Assembly (NCBI GenBank): GCA_965242695.1
Contig: CBDESU010000001.1
Location: 512,001-576,000, forward strand
Direction of reading: 5' to 3'
Source of the DNA: Cenarchaeum sp.
Lineage (GTDB): Archaea > Thermoproteota > Nitrososphaeria > Nitrososphaerales > Nitrosopumilaceae
DNA: 64,000 nt
Shown: positions 27,256-37,642 of the stretch, one piece after another
Layout: each line of letters begins with the position of its first letter
How positions within the stretch are numbered: position 1 is the stretch's first letter
Program-made: the position numbers and the translations under genes
Notes under the pieces: model-generated
Told to the model about the DNA's origin: nothing
Seen by the model: only the letters and a program-made list of their open reading frames with translations
Databases searched by the model: none

Positions 27256-29166
27256 CTACGCCGGCGCCATCCGCGGCACGAATATGTACAGTATGGCGAC
27301 GATCTCGAGCCGCCCGAATATCATCAAAAAGCCCGACACGATCTTGGTGGCGGGGTCCGTATCTAGGTCTATCACGTGCGGCGAGAGCCCGCCGGTCGTA
27401 ATCAGCCCTGCCGCCTCCAGGAACGCCTCGTTGAGCGGCGCGCCCGTCACGGATGCGAGGTGCGCCGCCATGGCGGCGGCGATCAGCGGGAACAGCACGA
27501 GTAGGAGGCCCATAGTCGCGATCTCCTTTTTCTCGACGGGGGTGAGCAGCGCCCTCTTTTTGCGGCTCAGTATATGCACTGCCCTCCGCAGCTGGAGGAA
27601 CCGGAACACCTTGATGCCGCCGGCCGTAGAGTACCCGCACCCGCCGACGAACATGAGCAGTATGAGGACCGCCTGCGCGTGGCCTGCAAGGCCCGTCAGC
27701 CCCTCGAGCGGCATGCCCGTCGTCGTGCCGGCCGAGACCGTGTGGAACGCCCCCTCGAGCGGCTCCATCCCGGTCGACCACGTGAATACGGCCATTGCGG
27801 CGCCGATCATGGCAAAGAACACGACGACCTCCCTGCCGAGCTTTGCCGACATGAACCGCGTGCGCACGAACCCGTAGTGGAACACGAACGGCAGCGCCCC
27901 GAGGATCATCCCCGCTATGAGCACGACGTGCCCCTGCCAGGCCATGCCCTGCAGCATCGTCGACGACGGGACGAACCCGCCGGTCGCTATCGTGCTCATC
28001 GAGAGGGACACGTTGTCGAGTATGTCCGGCTCGCCGACCATGTACAGGAGGACGGCGATGATGACGACGTACACGGTGAATATGACGGTTATGGTCCCGA
28101 ACAGCTCCTTCATGCGCAGCGTCTTGCCGGCGATGAAGCCGCGCATGGACGCGAGCTTGCGCTCGGGGTAGAACGCCGTGATCAGCAGGTATACAAAGCT
28201 CATGCCGCCGACGAGCTGCGTAAAGCTGCGGTAGAACGTGAACGCCTGCGGCAGGTCCTCGGGCTCGTCGAACAGCGAGACGCCGCCCGTCGTGAATCCG
28301 GCCGCGCTCGAGAAGAACCCGTTGGCGAACGCCTCGACGGCCGTCTCGCCGGGCGCCTGCGAGACGTACAGGTACGGCACGGTCCCGAACAGCACGAGCG
28401 TGAACAGGCTCAGAAAGACGAGTATGGACGACTGCTGCATGCTGTCGATGGGCGCCTTTTCGCCGTACGAGTTGAGGAAGAACCCAGTCACGAGCAGCAG
28501 GACGGTCGTCAGGTAGATGCCCGTCGCCGATACGGTGTCGCCGAGGATGGTCGCCACAATGGCCGGCACGAGCAGCAGGACGCCGGCGAACTGGAGGACG
28601 AACCCGAGATTGCCGAGGATTGCCTTGACGGGCGGGCTGAGGAGGCGCGGCTGCGTGGCGGCCGCGTCGCGTATGACCTTTGCTATTGCGGCCTGGACTA
28701 TGATGCCGACGACGCGGCCCCTGCGGTCGACGACGGGCAGCTTGCGGATGCGGTTGTCGCGCATGGACTTTAGCGCCTCGCCGAGGGTCGCGCCGCGGCC
28801 GATCGTCACGAGCGGCGTCGTCATGATGTCGCGCAGCGTCGTGGCCTCGGCGTTGACCGACTCGTCGCCGACCTTGCTGAGTATGTCCTGGTCAGTGACG
28901 ATGCCGACGGCGCCGCCGCCCGCGCCGGTGACGATGATGTCGTCCTTGCCCTTGACCTGCAGCGTGCGCGTGGCCTCGCGCGTAGGCGTGCGCATGTCGA
29001 GCATGACGACGTCGCGGTCCATGTACTTTGAGACGCGCATGCCCTTTGCGTAGCGTATGGACTTTTCCGACTCGGCGCGCGAGACGGACGGCGCCCCGTC
29101 CGCCCCTTCCTCCCCCTCGCCGGCGCCGCCCTCGGGGCGGGCGCCTGCGATCGCATCCTGCGGCAT
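27256..29166 (-). CDS. trkH: CBS-pair plus TrkH potassium transporter fusion
   Basis: CBS motifs (GIVTDQDI, IRKLPVVD) then pore loops GFTTGG, IATGG, GTTTG, ITTGG; STAGGIK; FGRLE. Confidence 0.92.
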   Translation of the reverse strand: MPQDAIAGARPEGGAGEGEEGADGAPSVSRAESEKSIRYAKGMRVSKYMDRDVVMLDMRTPTREATRTLQVKGKDDIIVTGAGGGAVGIVTDQDILSKVGDESVNAEATTLRDIMTTPLVTIGRGATLGEALKSMRDNRIRKLPVVDRRGRVVGIIVQAAIAKVIRDAAATQPRLLSPPVKAILGNLGFVLQFAGVLLLVPAIVATILGDTVSATGIYLTTVLLLVTGFFLNSYGEKAPIDSMQQSSILVFLSLFTLVLFGTVPYLYVSQAPGETAVEAFANGFFSSAAGFTTGGVSLFDEPEDLPQAFTFYRSFTQLVGGMSFVYLLITAFYPERKLASMRGFIAGKTLRMKELFGTITVIFTVYVVIIAVLLYMVGEPDILDNVSLSMSTIATGGFVPSSTMLQGMAWQGHVVLIAGMILGALPFVFHYGFVRTRFMSAKLGREVVVFFAMIGAAMAVFTWSTGMEPLEGAFHTVSAGTTTGMPLEGLTGLAGHAQAVLILLMFVGGCGYSTAGGIKVFRFLQLRRAVHILSRKKRALLTPVEKKEIATMGLLLVLFPLIAAAMAAHLASVTGAPLNEAFLEAAGLITTGGLSPHVIDLDTDPATKIVSGFLMIFGRLEIVAILYIFVPRMAPA

Positions 29167-29335
29167 GCCCGCCGGCGCGCGCCGTTTCTAATATTTCAAC
29201 AGTGCCGCATTTCCACGACGCGGGGCCAACCCTGCGCAACGCCGCGACCGGGCGATCGCCGCGGCGGCAGCGCATTGGGCGATCGCACCGGAGCGATCGG
29301 CGCGCCTTTATATGAAGAGATGCGATCGGCGCGCC

Positions 29336-30334
29336 GTGCGGATAGACCAAGAGCCCGACCCGGGCTACGAGGCGGTCCGCATCGTCGGGTGCGGCCCCGA
29401 CGACGAGTACGGCAGCACCGGGCGCCTTGTCCTCAGGGCCGACGGCGGGACCGAGTTCACGATGAGGGTGTGCACGGGCGAGCTCGTCCACCACATCGCC
29501 GAGCTGGTCGGACGCAACCGCGGCGGCGGCGAGGGCGGGCCGGCGGGGAAGGGGGCGACGGCCGGCGACGAGTCGACGCCGATCATACACAGGATGATAG
29601 AGGAGATATGCGAGGCGTGCGGCCTCGTGCTCGTCCGCGTCGAGGTGGACGACGGCGATGCCGGGGAGCCGCCGGCCGGGGCCGGCGCGCCGAGCCGCTC
29701 CTGGCGGGCGTCCCTGTACATGGACGGCGTCGGCGGCGGAAAGGGGGCCGTCCTGCGCGGGTACCGGGTTCCGGACGCCGTCGCGCTCGCGTCGCTGTAC
29801 AACGCGCCGATCCTGTTCGGCCGCTCGATAGTCGACAGGGCCGCGCGCCGGCAGGCCGCCTCGGCGCCGGGCGACGGCTACACGCCGGTGCGCGTGTACG
29901 GGGCGGGGTTTGTCGACAGGCAGCGCATAGAGGGCCTCGTCGTGTTCGAGTCGGCCGACGGCGAAAAGTTTCCCATGTCGGCGTTTACGGGGGACGTCGC
30001 TAGGATCATCGCCGAGCATGCGGGCGAGGACCGCAGCTGCGGCGAGGACCTCCCGACCGTCTACCGCTTGGTAGAGCATGTGTGCTCCCTGCGCGGGCTA
30101 GAGATCGAGCGCGTCCGCATATACGAGAGCGGGCAGGTCATGCGGGCCAACCTGTACCTTGCCGCCTCTGGGGGCGGCGGGAAGGAGGAGGGGGGAGAGG
30201 GGGGCGGCATGGTCCTGCGCAACTACCGCGCCTCGGACGCTACCGTGCTTGCGATGCTCTACGATGCGCCCATCCTCATGAGCGACTCGATCGTCGAAAA
30301 GGCCGCCGAGCATGCCAGGGAAAAGGGCGAGTAG
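29336..30334 (+). CDS. Tandem bifunctional nuclease (DUF151/BFN) domains
   Basis: Two homologous halves: PIIHRMIEEIC..YRVPDAVALASLYNAPI and PTVYRLVEHVC..YRASDATVLAMLYDAPI. Confidence 0.8.
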   Translation: MRIDQEPDPGYEAVRIVGCGPDDEYGSTGRLVLRADGGTEFTMRVCTGELVHHIAELVGRNRGGGEGGPAGKGATAGDESTPIIHRMIEEICEACGLVLVRVEVDDGDAGEPPAGAGAPSRSWRASLYMDGVGGGKGAVLRGYRVPDAVALASLYNAPILFGRSIVDRAARRQAASAPGDGYTPVRVYGAGFVDRQRIEGLVVFESADGEKFPMSAFTGDVARIIAEHAGEDRSCGEDLPTVYRLVEHVCSLRGLEIERVRIYESGQVMRANLYLAASGGGGKEEGGEGGGMVLRNYRASDATVLAMLYDAPILMSDSIVEKAAEHAREKGE

Positions 30335-30384
30335 CAAGAGTGGGGGGGAGGGGGCGCCGCGCCAGGCGGCCCGCCCGCGGCAGC

Positions 30385-31494
30385 CTACGTGACGGATCCG
30401 CCGAGCCTGCCGCCCTGGGCGGCCGCACGGATTTCCATTGCGATGCGCCGGCCGATCCCGAACGTCTCGCCGTACTTGTACTTTGTGTAGGGGCTCGTCG
30501 TGGCGAGGATCGGGTTTCCGGGCACGCGCAGCGAGACGTCGTACACGACGATCTCGAGGTCCTTTGTGACAACGCTCTGCAGCGAAAAGGGGCCGATTAT
30601 CCCGGGCGGGTACTCTTTCATTGCCGCCTCTGCGAACCGGTCGCCTGCGTCGAACACGCGGCCTAGCAGCGACTCGCGGACGCTGGCAGGAGTGTGGCCG
30701 ACCTCTATATTCTGGAGGTGCAAGGTAAGGTCACCTTCATGCAGACGCATCTGTTGGAAGGCTGGCAGGGACGTAAAGCCGTCGATGTTGGTTTGCAGGC
30801 GCCGCTCGATCCCGATAAAATCTACCTCGTTGGACTCTGGCGAATAGAAATAGTTGAAGTTTAGGTATGCGCCGATCACCAGCTCTTCTATCGAGGCAGA
30901 TGCAAGGCTGGCCTCTGATGCGATTCCTTTGCGCACCCTTTCATTAGTGAACATTTGATAGAACTCACGGGATGGCACGGTAAAGAACGCGCGCTCAAGC
31001 GGCCGGCCGTCCTCCATGGCCTTTACGATTACGGGCCCGTCGATCTCGTCGGGCGAGGCGTACACGCGCGGGTGCCGTATTCCGGCGGCGCGCAGCAGGT
31101 GGTACTGCCCGCGCGCCTCTGACCGCTCCTCGGCGCGCAGCATCGAGCGGCTGCCGAACAGCGGAACCCTGAGCCTGTCCTCTATGCCGTCGTACCCGAG
31201 GTACGCCGTCAGCGAGCGGTGAGGGACCACGACGGCGTTGAGCGAGCGCAGCCGATCCTGCGTCGCATCGCCGAGCATGTCTCTGAACGACTTGAGCACG
31301 ATGGTCTCGTCGGCCAGGCGGGAAAAGCGCCGGTACGGCCCCTCCCTCCCCTTCTCGCATATGACGGCGGTGCGCAGCCCCTCGTCCTTTGCGCCGTCCA
31401 TGATCTCGAGGGCCGAGTGGCTGCCAAGGACGGCCACCGTCACGTCCGGCCCGTACCCGTCGGCGACGGCGGACATGTCTGCCCTGTCGATCAT
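30385..31494 (-). CDS. purP: PurP (FAICAR synthetase / DUF1297 ATP-grasp)
   Basis: LGSHSALEIMDGAKDEG, ERAFF, QNIEVGHTPASVRESLL, GIIGPFSLQ, DVSLRVPG. Confidence 0.92.
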   Translation of the reverse strand: MIDRADMSAVADGYGPDVTVAVLGSHSALEIMDGAKDEGLRTAVICEKGREGPYRRFSRLADETIVLKSFRDMLGDATQDRLRSLNAVVVPHRSLTAYLGYDGIEDRLRVPLFGSRSMLRAEERSEARGQYHLLRAAGIRHPRVYASPDEIDGPVIVKAMEDGRPLERAFFTVPSREFYQMFTNERVRKGIASEASLASASIEELVIGAYLNFNYFYSPESNEVDFIGIERRLQTNIDGFTSLPAFQQMRLHEGDLTLHLQNIEVGHTPASVRESLLGRVFDAGDRFAEAAMKEYPPGIIGPFSLQSVVTKDLEIVVYDVSLRVPGNPILATTSPYTKYKYGETFGIGRRIAMEIRAAAQGGRLGGSVT

Positions 31495-31719
31495 GCAGGG
31501 CGGCGGCGCGGCGGCCCGTATAATAGTGCGCGCGGCCCGAACGTCGCCGGCGGGACGATCCTCCTGAACAGGGCGCGCAACCTAGCGGGGATGCGGCTCT
31601 GGGTGCGAGGGATCGCGGGAGCCTGCGCCCAACCAGGCGGGGTGTTCGGCGCCGCAAGTGACCTCTTAGGCGAGCGCGGCAGGCGCCGCCGGGCCGGCTC
31701 GCCCTGTGCCGCGCCGCCG

Positions 31720-33297
31720 TCATTCGTCGCCTTGCGCCTCCATTATGGAGCTGATGGCGATCGTATCATGGTACAGGACATCGTTCACGCGGACAAACTC
31801 CTCCTGCGATATTCCGTACTCCTCGTCCCGCTCGACCGGCCTTGTGCGGTAGCCCCCGCCGGCATTTGGCTCGAAGACGTACGCAGACACCTCGTCGGGG
31901 GCCAGATAGTCGTCCCTGCCGTAGCCGGGTACACTCGATCGCACTTCAGGGGCAAAGTCGCCGACCATCAGGTACTTTGCGAGCTTTTCCAGCAGAAAGA
32001 CGCTGTGGGTCATCACCAAGACTCCTGCGCCGTCCCTCACGAGCCGGACCAGGTACTTTGCCAGGACCAGATGGGCTTTGGGATGGAGGTGCTCGTCGGG
32101 CTCTTCGATGATGAGAAGGTCGCCTCTGCCTACGACATGCTTTAGGTACAGCGACAGCGGCGCAATGCCTGAGATCGCCGACGAGCACCGGCGCAGCGGC
32201 ACCCTGCCCTCGTCACCATAGTACGCGATCTCGCGGCATCCGCCCCCTGTGGGCGCGTCCAGCCGGATGCTCCCGCCAAACAGCTCGTTGTCCATGGATT
32301 CGGCCAGCGCCGAGAACGGCCCGCTTGTCGTCTCTGCCAGGGCCAGTTCCGACAAGAGATCGCCGGCGGCCCCCGTCATGCCCTGCGCGCCGCCCCCGTG
32401 CCGTCCCGACGCTAGCGTATCGGGATCCAGCGCCCTGGGGACCTGCAGCATGCCGGAGGCGGCGGGAGGGATGTGGTGTACATGGCGCGGGGCGGCATGA
32501 AACGCAATCCCCGCGGATATGCGCTCCATTATGTCCATGGCCAGCGCGTTGGACAGCTTGTGCGGATCCGTGTCCGGCCCCAATCCGATCGCGTCGACTT
32601 CGGGCTGCGGTTGCGGCTGCCGTCCGTCTTTCCGGGCTGTGCCGCCCTGCCGGCCCGCGGGGGCGGCGGCGGCCACGCTGTAGCCGGGGCTTCCCGGGGG
32701 CGCCTCTACTACATATCCCGATGCCATGCCGACCGCCCTTGCCGACAGCCGGTCGCCTAGCGCGACGGACAGCCTGCGCAGCCTGCCCGTGCGGGGGTCT
32801 CGCTCGGAGATGTCGACGGCGGCCGTGCCGCCGCTTCCGTCCCTTGCCAGGCCGCGCGGCTCAGAGCCAAAGTCCCAGGCGATCTGCTCCTCCAGTACGG
32901 GGCAGAGCTCCCCTGCCAGCAGGGATCGCAGCACCCTGCCGGACTCGGCCCCCGTTACGGCCATCCGGCGCCGGTTTTTTCCGTGCTTTCGCGCCAGCAG
33001 GCTGCGGAAGGCTGGGGCGGATTCGCTGTCGGCCAGCCTCCAGCGGGCGCCGGCTACGTCCCGCTGCGCCGTCAGGATCGAGCGCAGCATCGTTGCCACG
33101 TACGACTTGCCAGAGTTGTTGGGCCCGATGAGGATCGTCAGCGGCCTTATGGCGATGGATCCCCTCGCCACCGGCCCAAAGTTCCTGACTGCGATGTCGA
33201 GGCGGATCGGCGGAGGGCCAGACCCGCCGCCCCGACCCGCCGCCCCAGTTCCGCCTTTTGCGCCCCGCCGCCCCCGCGCTGCGCCCTGCCCCGGCAT
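31720..33297 (-). CDS. ABC/SMC-like AAA_21-type ATPase (defence associated)
   Basis: VRNFGPV..IRPLTILIGPNNSGKSY, CSSAIS, LLIIEEPDEHLHPKAH, MTHS. Confidence 0.85.
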   Translation of the reverse strand: MPGQGAARGRRGAKGGTGAAGRGGGSGPPPIRLDIAVRNFGPVARGSIAIRPLTILIGPNNSGKSYVATMLRSILTAQRDVAGARWRLADSESAPAFRSLLARKHGKNRRRMAVTGAESGRVLRSLLAGELCPVLEEQIAWDFGSEPRGLARDGSGGTAAVDISERDPRTGRLRRLSVALGDRLSARAVGMASGYVVEAPPGSPGYSVAAAAPAGRQGGTARKDGRQPQPQPEVDAIGLGPDTDPHKLSNALAMDIMERISAGIAFHAAPRHVHHIPPAASGMLQVPRALDPDTLASGRHGGGAQGMTGAAGDLLSELALAETTSGPFSALAESMDNELFGGSIRLDAPTGGGCREIAYYGDEGRVPLRRCSSAISGIAPLSLYLKHVVGRGDLLIIEEPDEHLHPKAHLVLAKYLVRLVRDGAGVLVMTHSVFLLEKLAKYLMVGDFAPEVRSSVPGYGRDDYLAPDEVSAYVFEPNAGGGYRTRPVERDEEYGISQEEFVRVNDVLYHDTIAISSIMEAQGDE

Positions 33298-33693
33298 GCG
33301 AGCGGGCGGCCGCGCCGGCGTAATGTGCCTTGCGCATGGTGGGCCGGAGGCGTCGCACGGCGGACGGGGTGCCGTTGGCAAACGACATGCGCTGCACCGC
33401 GGCGCCCTGTCCGAGGCCGCCGCTGCCCCCTCGTGGCCTTTCCCGTCGGCATCCGCCCCACAAATTGTCCTGCGATCGCCTGCGGCGTTCGCCGTCCGAC
33501 AGGGCGCTCGCTGCGCGCCGCCGGGCGCGATGCAGGCCGCCCTGCATACGCCTGGCCATCATCGGGGCCGGGCCCGACGCCCCGCCGTGGGGAAGTCTGG
33601 GCACCGTGTGGGGTTATATGGGAACGCGGTTGCGTGCCGCATGGGGCGGGTCATGGAAATTCACGTCTGCACACCACAGGAGGGGGCGCATCA

Positions 33694-34806
33694 ATGAATG
33701 CCAAGTCTGGCGCACGCGGGGCCCGACAGGCGGCGGTCGACAGTGTACTAGGAAGCGCCGGACGTAGGCGCCGCGGGCGAAACTACACCGCCGTGGACTC
33801 GGCCCGCACCTCTCCCGAATCGCCAAGGCCGCGCGTCTCGATCACGCACGGGGATGCGCTGTCCGCCTACTCCAAGTGGAGGACTCCCGTCGTCATCGTA
33901 TCCGACGGGCCGTACGGCCTCGGCATGTTCGACGGCGATCCGGACGGGGTCGAGGGCCTGGCCGAGTTCTACGAGCCGCACGTGATCCAGTGGTCCAAGC
34001 ACTCTACGAACCAGACCACGCTGTGGTTTTGGTGCACGGAGATCGGGTGGGCCACAGTCCATCCGGTCCTGGAGAGGCACGGCTGGCGCTACACCAGCTG
34101 CCACGTGTGGAACAAGGGCATAGCGCACATAGCGGGAAACGTCAACACGAGGACCATCCGAAAGTTCCCGGTCGTCACGGAGGTGTGCGTCCAGTACACA
34201 ATGGACAAGGGCGTGTCCGGCGTCCCCGTCAAGGACTGGCTCAGGGCGGAGTGGGAGCGCACCGGCCTTCCGCTGTACAGGACAAACGAGGCGTGCGGGC
34301 TGAAGAACGCGGCGACGCGAAAGTACTTTACAAGGGACAGGATGTGGTACATGCCGCCCCCGAAAGAGTTTGAAAAGATTTCCCGGTACGCCAACAGGCA
34401 CGGGCGGCGCCAGGGCCGGCCGTACTTTTCGCTCGACGGCGGCTCGCCGGCGGGGGCCCCGGAGTGGGAAAGAATGCGCGCCAAGTTCAGGTGCCCCGTC
34501 GGCGTCACCAACGTGTGGAGCGAGCCGCCGCTGCACGGGGGCGAGCGCATCAAGAGGGGATCGACACCCGTCCACTGCAACCAAAAGCCCGTGAGCATCA
34601 CGCGCCTGATCATAGAGTCGTCGTCCGACCCGGGCGACGTGGTGTGGGAGCCGTTCGGCGGCCTGTGCACCGCCGCCGTGGCGTCGGCAGGCCTGGGGCG
34701 GTGGTGCTACAGCGCCGAGATCGACCGGAAGTTTTATGACCATGCGGCCGGCCGCCTTGCCGATGAGTGCCGTGGACTCGGTGTCGGCCGCCGACGCCCC
34801 CGCTAG
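33694..34806 (+). CDS. N4/N6 DNA methyltransferase (beta class)
   Basis: GDAL..IVSDGPYG (motif IV variant), WNKG, TNVW, HCNQKP, SSDPGDVVWEPFGG. Confidence 0.9.
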   Translation: MNAKSGARGARQAAVDSVLGSAGRRRRGRNYTAVDSARTSPESPRPRVSITHGDALSAYSKWRTPVVIVSDGPYGLGMFDGDPDGVEGLAEFYEPHVIQWSKHSTNQTTLWFWCTEIGWATVHPVLERHGWRYTSCHVWNKGIAHIAGNVNTRTIRKFPVVTEVCVQYTMDKGVSGVPVKDWLRAEWERTGLPLYRTNEACGLKNAATRKYFTRDRMWYMPPPKEFEKISRYANRHGRRQGRPYFSLDGGSPAGAPEWERMRAKFRCPVGVTNVWSEPPLHGGERIKRGSTPVHCNQKPVSITRLIIESSSDPGDVVWEPFGGLCTAAVASAGLGRWCYSAEIDRKFYDHAAGRLADECRGLGVGRRRPR

Positions 34807-35536
34807 GGAGTGGGAGCACTACGGGGTATGGAGCGCCGTCCGCTCTGCCATGGGCTCCATACGGAAGGAGTTCGACAGCGCCGTGTCGGTGAGCGGCGTG
34901 TCCGCATGCGACCTGCACACGTGGGGCAGCGTGCTGTCGGCCGCGGTGGAGGTCGAGGTCGTCAAGTGCCTCAACGGCATCCGCGATGCCTGGGACGGGA
35001 ACGGGGAGTACGCCGGCTGCTCGTTTCGCCGCCAGGCCGAACGGTACCCCGACGTGGTGCTCGCCTGCGGGGAGCGGCGCGAGGATATCGTGCTGGGGAT
35101 AGAGATCAAGTCCTGGTACGTCATGGCCAAGGAGGGCGAGCCAAGCTTTAGGTTCAAGACCACGCTCGGCGCCTGCCCCCCGCAGGACTTTTTGCTGGTC
35201 GTCCCGTGGTCGCTCTCGAGCGTCCTGTCGGGCACGCCCGTGGTCTTTGATCCGTACGTGACGGGAACCCGGACGGTGGCAAGGCGGCGCAACAAGTGGT
35301 GGGCCGACACACGCAGGTCGCACGACGGCACCGGCATACGCGTGCCGGACGGGGTCGGACCCTACCCGGGCGCGCGCGAAAACATATCCGACGAGGCGGC
35401 CTCGGATGCCGGGGGCAACTTTGGGCGCCTGGCCAGGATGGGCATGTTTGACGAGTACAAGGGGCGGATCAACGGCGAGGAGATTGCGGGAGTTGCCGTG
35501 TCGCGCTGGCAGCAGTTTCTCGGCGGACTGCAGTAG
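34763..35536 (+). CDS. Putative type II restriction endonuclease, PD-(D/E)xK
   Basis: Overlaps the MTase; VEVEVV...YPDVVL...GIEIKSW. Confidence 0.75.
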   Translation: MSAVDSVSAADAPAREWEHYGVWSAVRSAMGSIRKEFDSAVSVSGVSACDLHTWGSVLSAAVEVEVVKCLNGIRDAWDGNGEYAGCSFRRQAERYPDVVLACGERREDIVLGIEIKSWYVMAKEGEPSFRFKTTLGACPPQDFLLVVPWSLSSVLSGTPVVFDPYVTGTRTVARRRNKWWADTRRSHDGTGIRVPDGVGPYPGARENISDEAASDAGGNFGRLARMGMFDEYKGRINGEEIAGVAVSRWQQFLGGLQ

Positions 35537-35805
35537 GGCGCAGCGGCCGCGCCGAGGCGGGCGGCGGCGTCTGCGGCCGCGCCCGCTGCCGCCTGGCGGC
35601 GTCCGGCGCGGCGCATGCAGGCCCTTCCGCAGGCATCCATGCCGCCCTGCCGATGCGGCCGCCGCGGCGGCGGGGACGCGATCGGAGCGGGGCCGCGGGC
35701 GGGCCGCATCAATCCGCGACTTGCGGGCCGCCGGGGCCCCCGCTGCACGGCCGCCCGCTTGGCGCATCCAAAACCGATTAATCCGGCGCCCGCCGCGGCC
35801 CGCCC

Positions 35806-37140
35806 GTGAGGGTCCTGTTCGTAGGTCCGAGCGGCGTAAACCTGCGCGTTGCGGTCGAGCGCATCGCCGCGCACTGCCGCGGGGACGGGGAAGCGGGGAG
35901 CGGGAGCGGCCAGAGCCGGCTCGGCCCAGAGTGGGAGGGCGCCGCCGGCGCGGCCCCGCTGCGCGGCGGCCCCGACGGCCCCGTCGGCGAGATCTCTACG
36001 CACTACGTCGAGGACCACATCGGCGACATGCAGCCGTACCTGGACAGGGACGGGCTTGCGCTGCAGCAGCGCACGTGGGAGGACGCGTGCGACGAGGCCC
36101 TCGACGAGGTCGAGTCGCAGGACGGGCCAGGCGCCGTTCACCACTTTCTCGGCATGCACATGCCGCACTACCGCAAGGACCGGCTGTTCCCCGTGCCGTC
36201 GATGAAGCGCTTTGGGCGGTACGCCCCCGACGTCGTACTGACGCTAGTCGACGACGTGCACACCTGCTACCAGCGCATCAGGCGGCGGCCGCGCACGCGC
36301 AGCAACTTTACCCTACACGACATACTAGTGTGGAGGTCGCTGTCCGTGTACGAGGGCGACACGATCGCCGCCGCCATGACGGACATGCTCGGCAGGCCGG
36401 TCCGAAACTACGAGGTGGCCGTAAAGCACCCCCTCTCGACGTTCGAGCGCCTCTTGTTCCGCCCGTCGGCGCGGCGCATGTACGCATCGTTCTCGATATC
36501 TGGCGTGCGCGGCGATGCGGACAAGAGAAGGGCGATCGACTCGTTTCGGGCAAAGCTGCACGCCCGCTTCTGCGTGCTCGACCCGCTCACAATAGACGAC
36601 AGGCTGTGCCAGAACCGGCTAGAGGCGATGAGGGCCGAGCGGGGCGGCGGGCCGATCGATCCGTCCGAGATGGTCGTGCTGACGGGGGCCGAGAGGTGGC
36701 CGCTCGGCGAGGGGTTCTCGACGGTAGGCGACGTTCTCGACGCCGAGACGGGCGCGCCGGTGTTCCCCGTCGAGCTGCCGGCGCGCGAGATCGCAGAGAT
36801 TGCCGAGCCGAAGGAGACCGAGCAGGGGCGCGACCCGAGCGTCATCGACAACATGATACGCGAGCGCGACCTGCGGATGATAGACCAGGCATCAGTCGTC
36901 GTCGCGTACAGGCCCAACATCGCCGGCAGGATCTCGAGGGGCGTGGCCCACGAGGCGGCGTACGCCTCGCAGGTGAGGCCGAGGCGTTGGTACTGCGTGT
37001 GGCCGCAGTGCGACGGGCCGGCCGACGACGGGCCGTTCGGGCACCTCGCCGGGACCGGCATATCGTACGAGGACGAGGACGAGCTGATCCGCGACCTGGA
37101 GGCCGAGGATGCGGGCGGGGGAGGGCGGGGGGCGGAGTGA
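35806..37140 (+). CDS. P-loop kinase-like domain fused to a nucleoside 2-deoxyribosyltransferase-like domain
   Basis: N-terminal VLFVGPSG..VVLTLVDD; C-terminal MYASFSIS...RDLRMIDQASVVVAY..SRGVAHEAAYA. Confidence 0.7.
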   Translation: MRVLFVGPSGVNLRVAVERIAAHCRGDGEAGSGSGQSRLGPEWEGAAGAAPLRGGPDGPVGEISTHYVEDHIGDMQPYLDRDGLALQQRTWEDACDEALDEVESQDGPGAVHHFLGMHMPHYRKDRLFPVPSMKRFGRYAPDVVLTLVDDVHTCYQRIRRRPRTRSNFTLHDILVWRSLSVYEGDTIAAAMTDMLGRPVRNYEVAVKHPLSTFERLLFRPSARRMYASFSISGVRGDADKRRAIDSFRAKLHARFCVLDPLTIDDRLCQNRLEAMRAERGGGPIDPSEMVVLTGAERWPLGEGFSTVGDVLDAETGAPVFPVELPAREIAEIAEPKETEQGRDPSVIDNMIRERDLRMIDQASVVVAYRPNIAGRISRGVAHEAAYASQVRPRRWYCVWPQCDGPADDGPFGHLAGTGISYEDEDELIRDLEAEDAGGGGRGAE

Positions 37141-37642
37141 GTGCATGCCCAGAGTGTGCCTGCGCTGGCTGCCTTGCGACCCGCATGCGCGGCGGCGGCA
37201 CGGGGGCATGGATCCCGGTGCGAGTGGATCTGCGCGACCGTCTAGGCCGGCGCCGTTCCAAGGGCGGCGGGATGCGCGGAGTGGGGCAGATGCCAAGCCA
37301 GCAAGAGTCCGTCAGGCCGGCCGGCGGAAGATCCTGCCGGTCCTGCCTCAAGCATCCGTACGCCAAGCGATCCGCGATCGCTCTGTGGCATGTGCGCGAC
37401 GGCGGCCGACACGTCGACACGCCATGGCCCTGCATGCGGCATGGTCGCGCACGAACCAGTCGGCAAGGGGTGCGGCCTGTCCTGCCGTAGAGGCGTTGCG
37501 ACGCCTGAACTGGCACACCGCATTTAAATGTGGCTGTTGTCCAGCGGCGGCAATGCGCATGCGACAAGCCGCCGGCCCCTCCCGTGCGACACTATCCAGA
37601 GGTTGACGGGCAGGCACGGTGCCGGCACGGGAGTGGCTTGCC

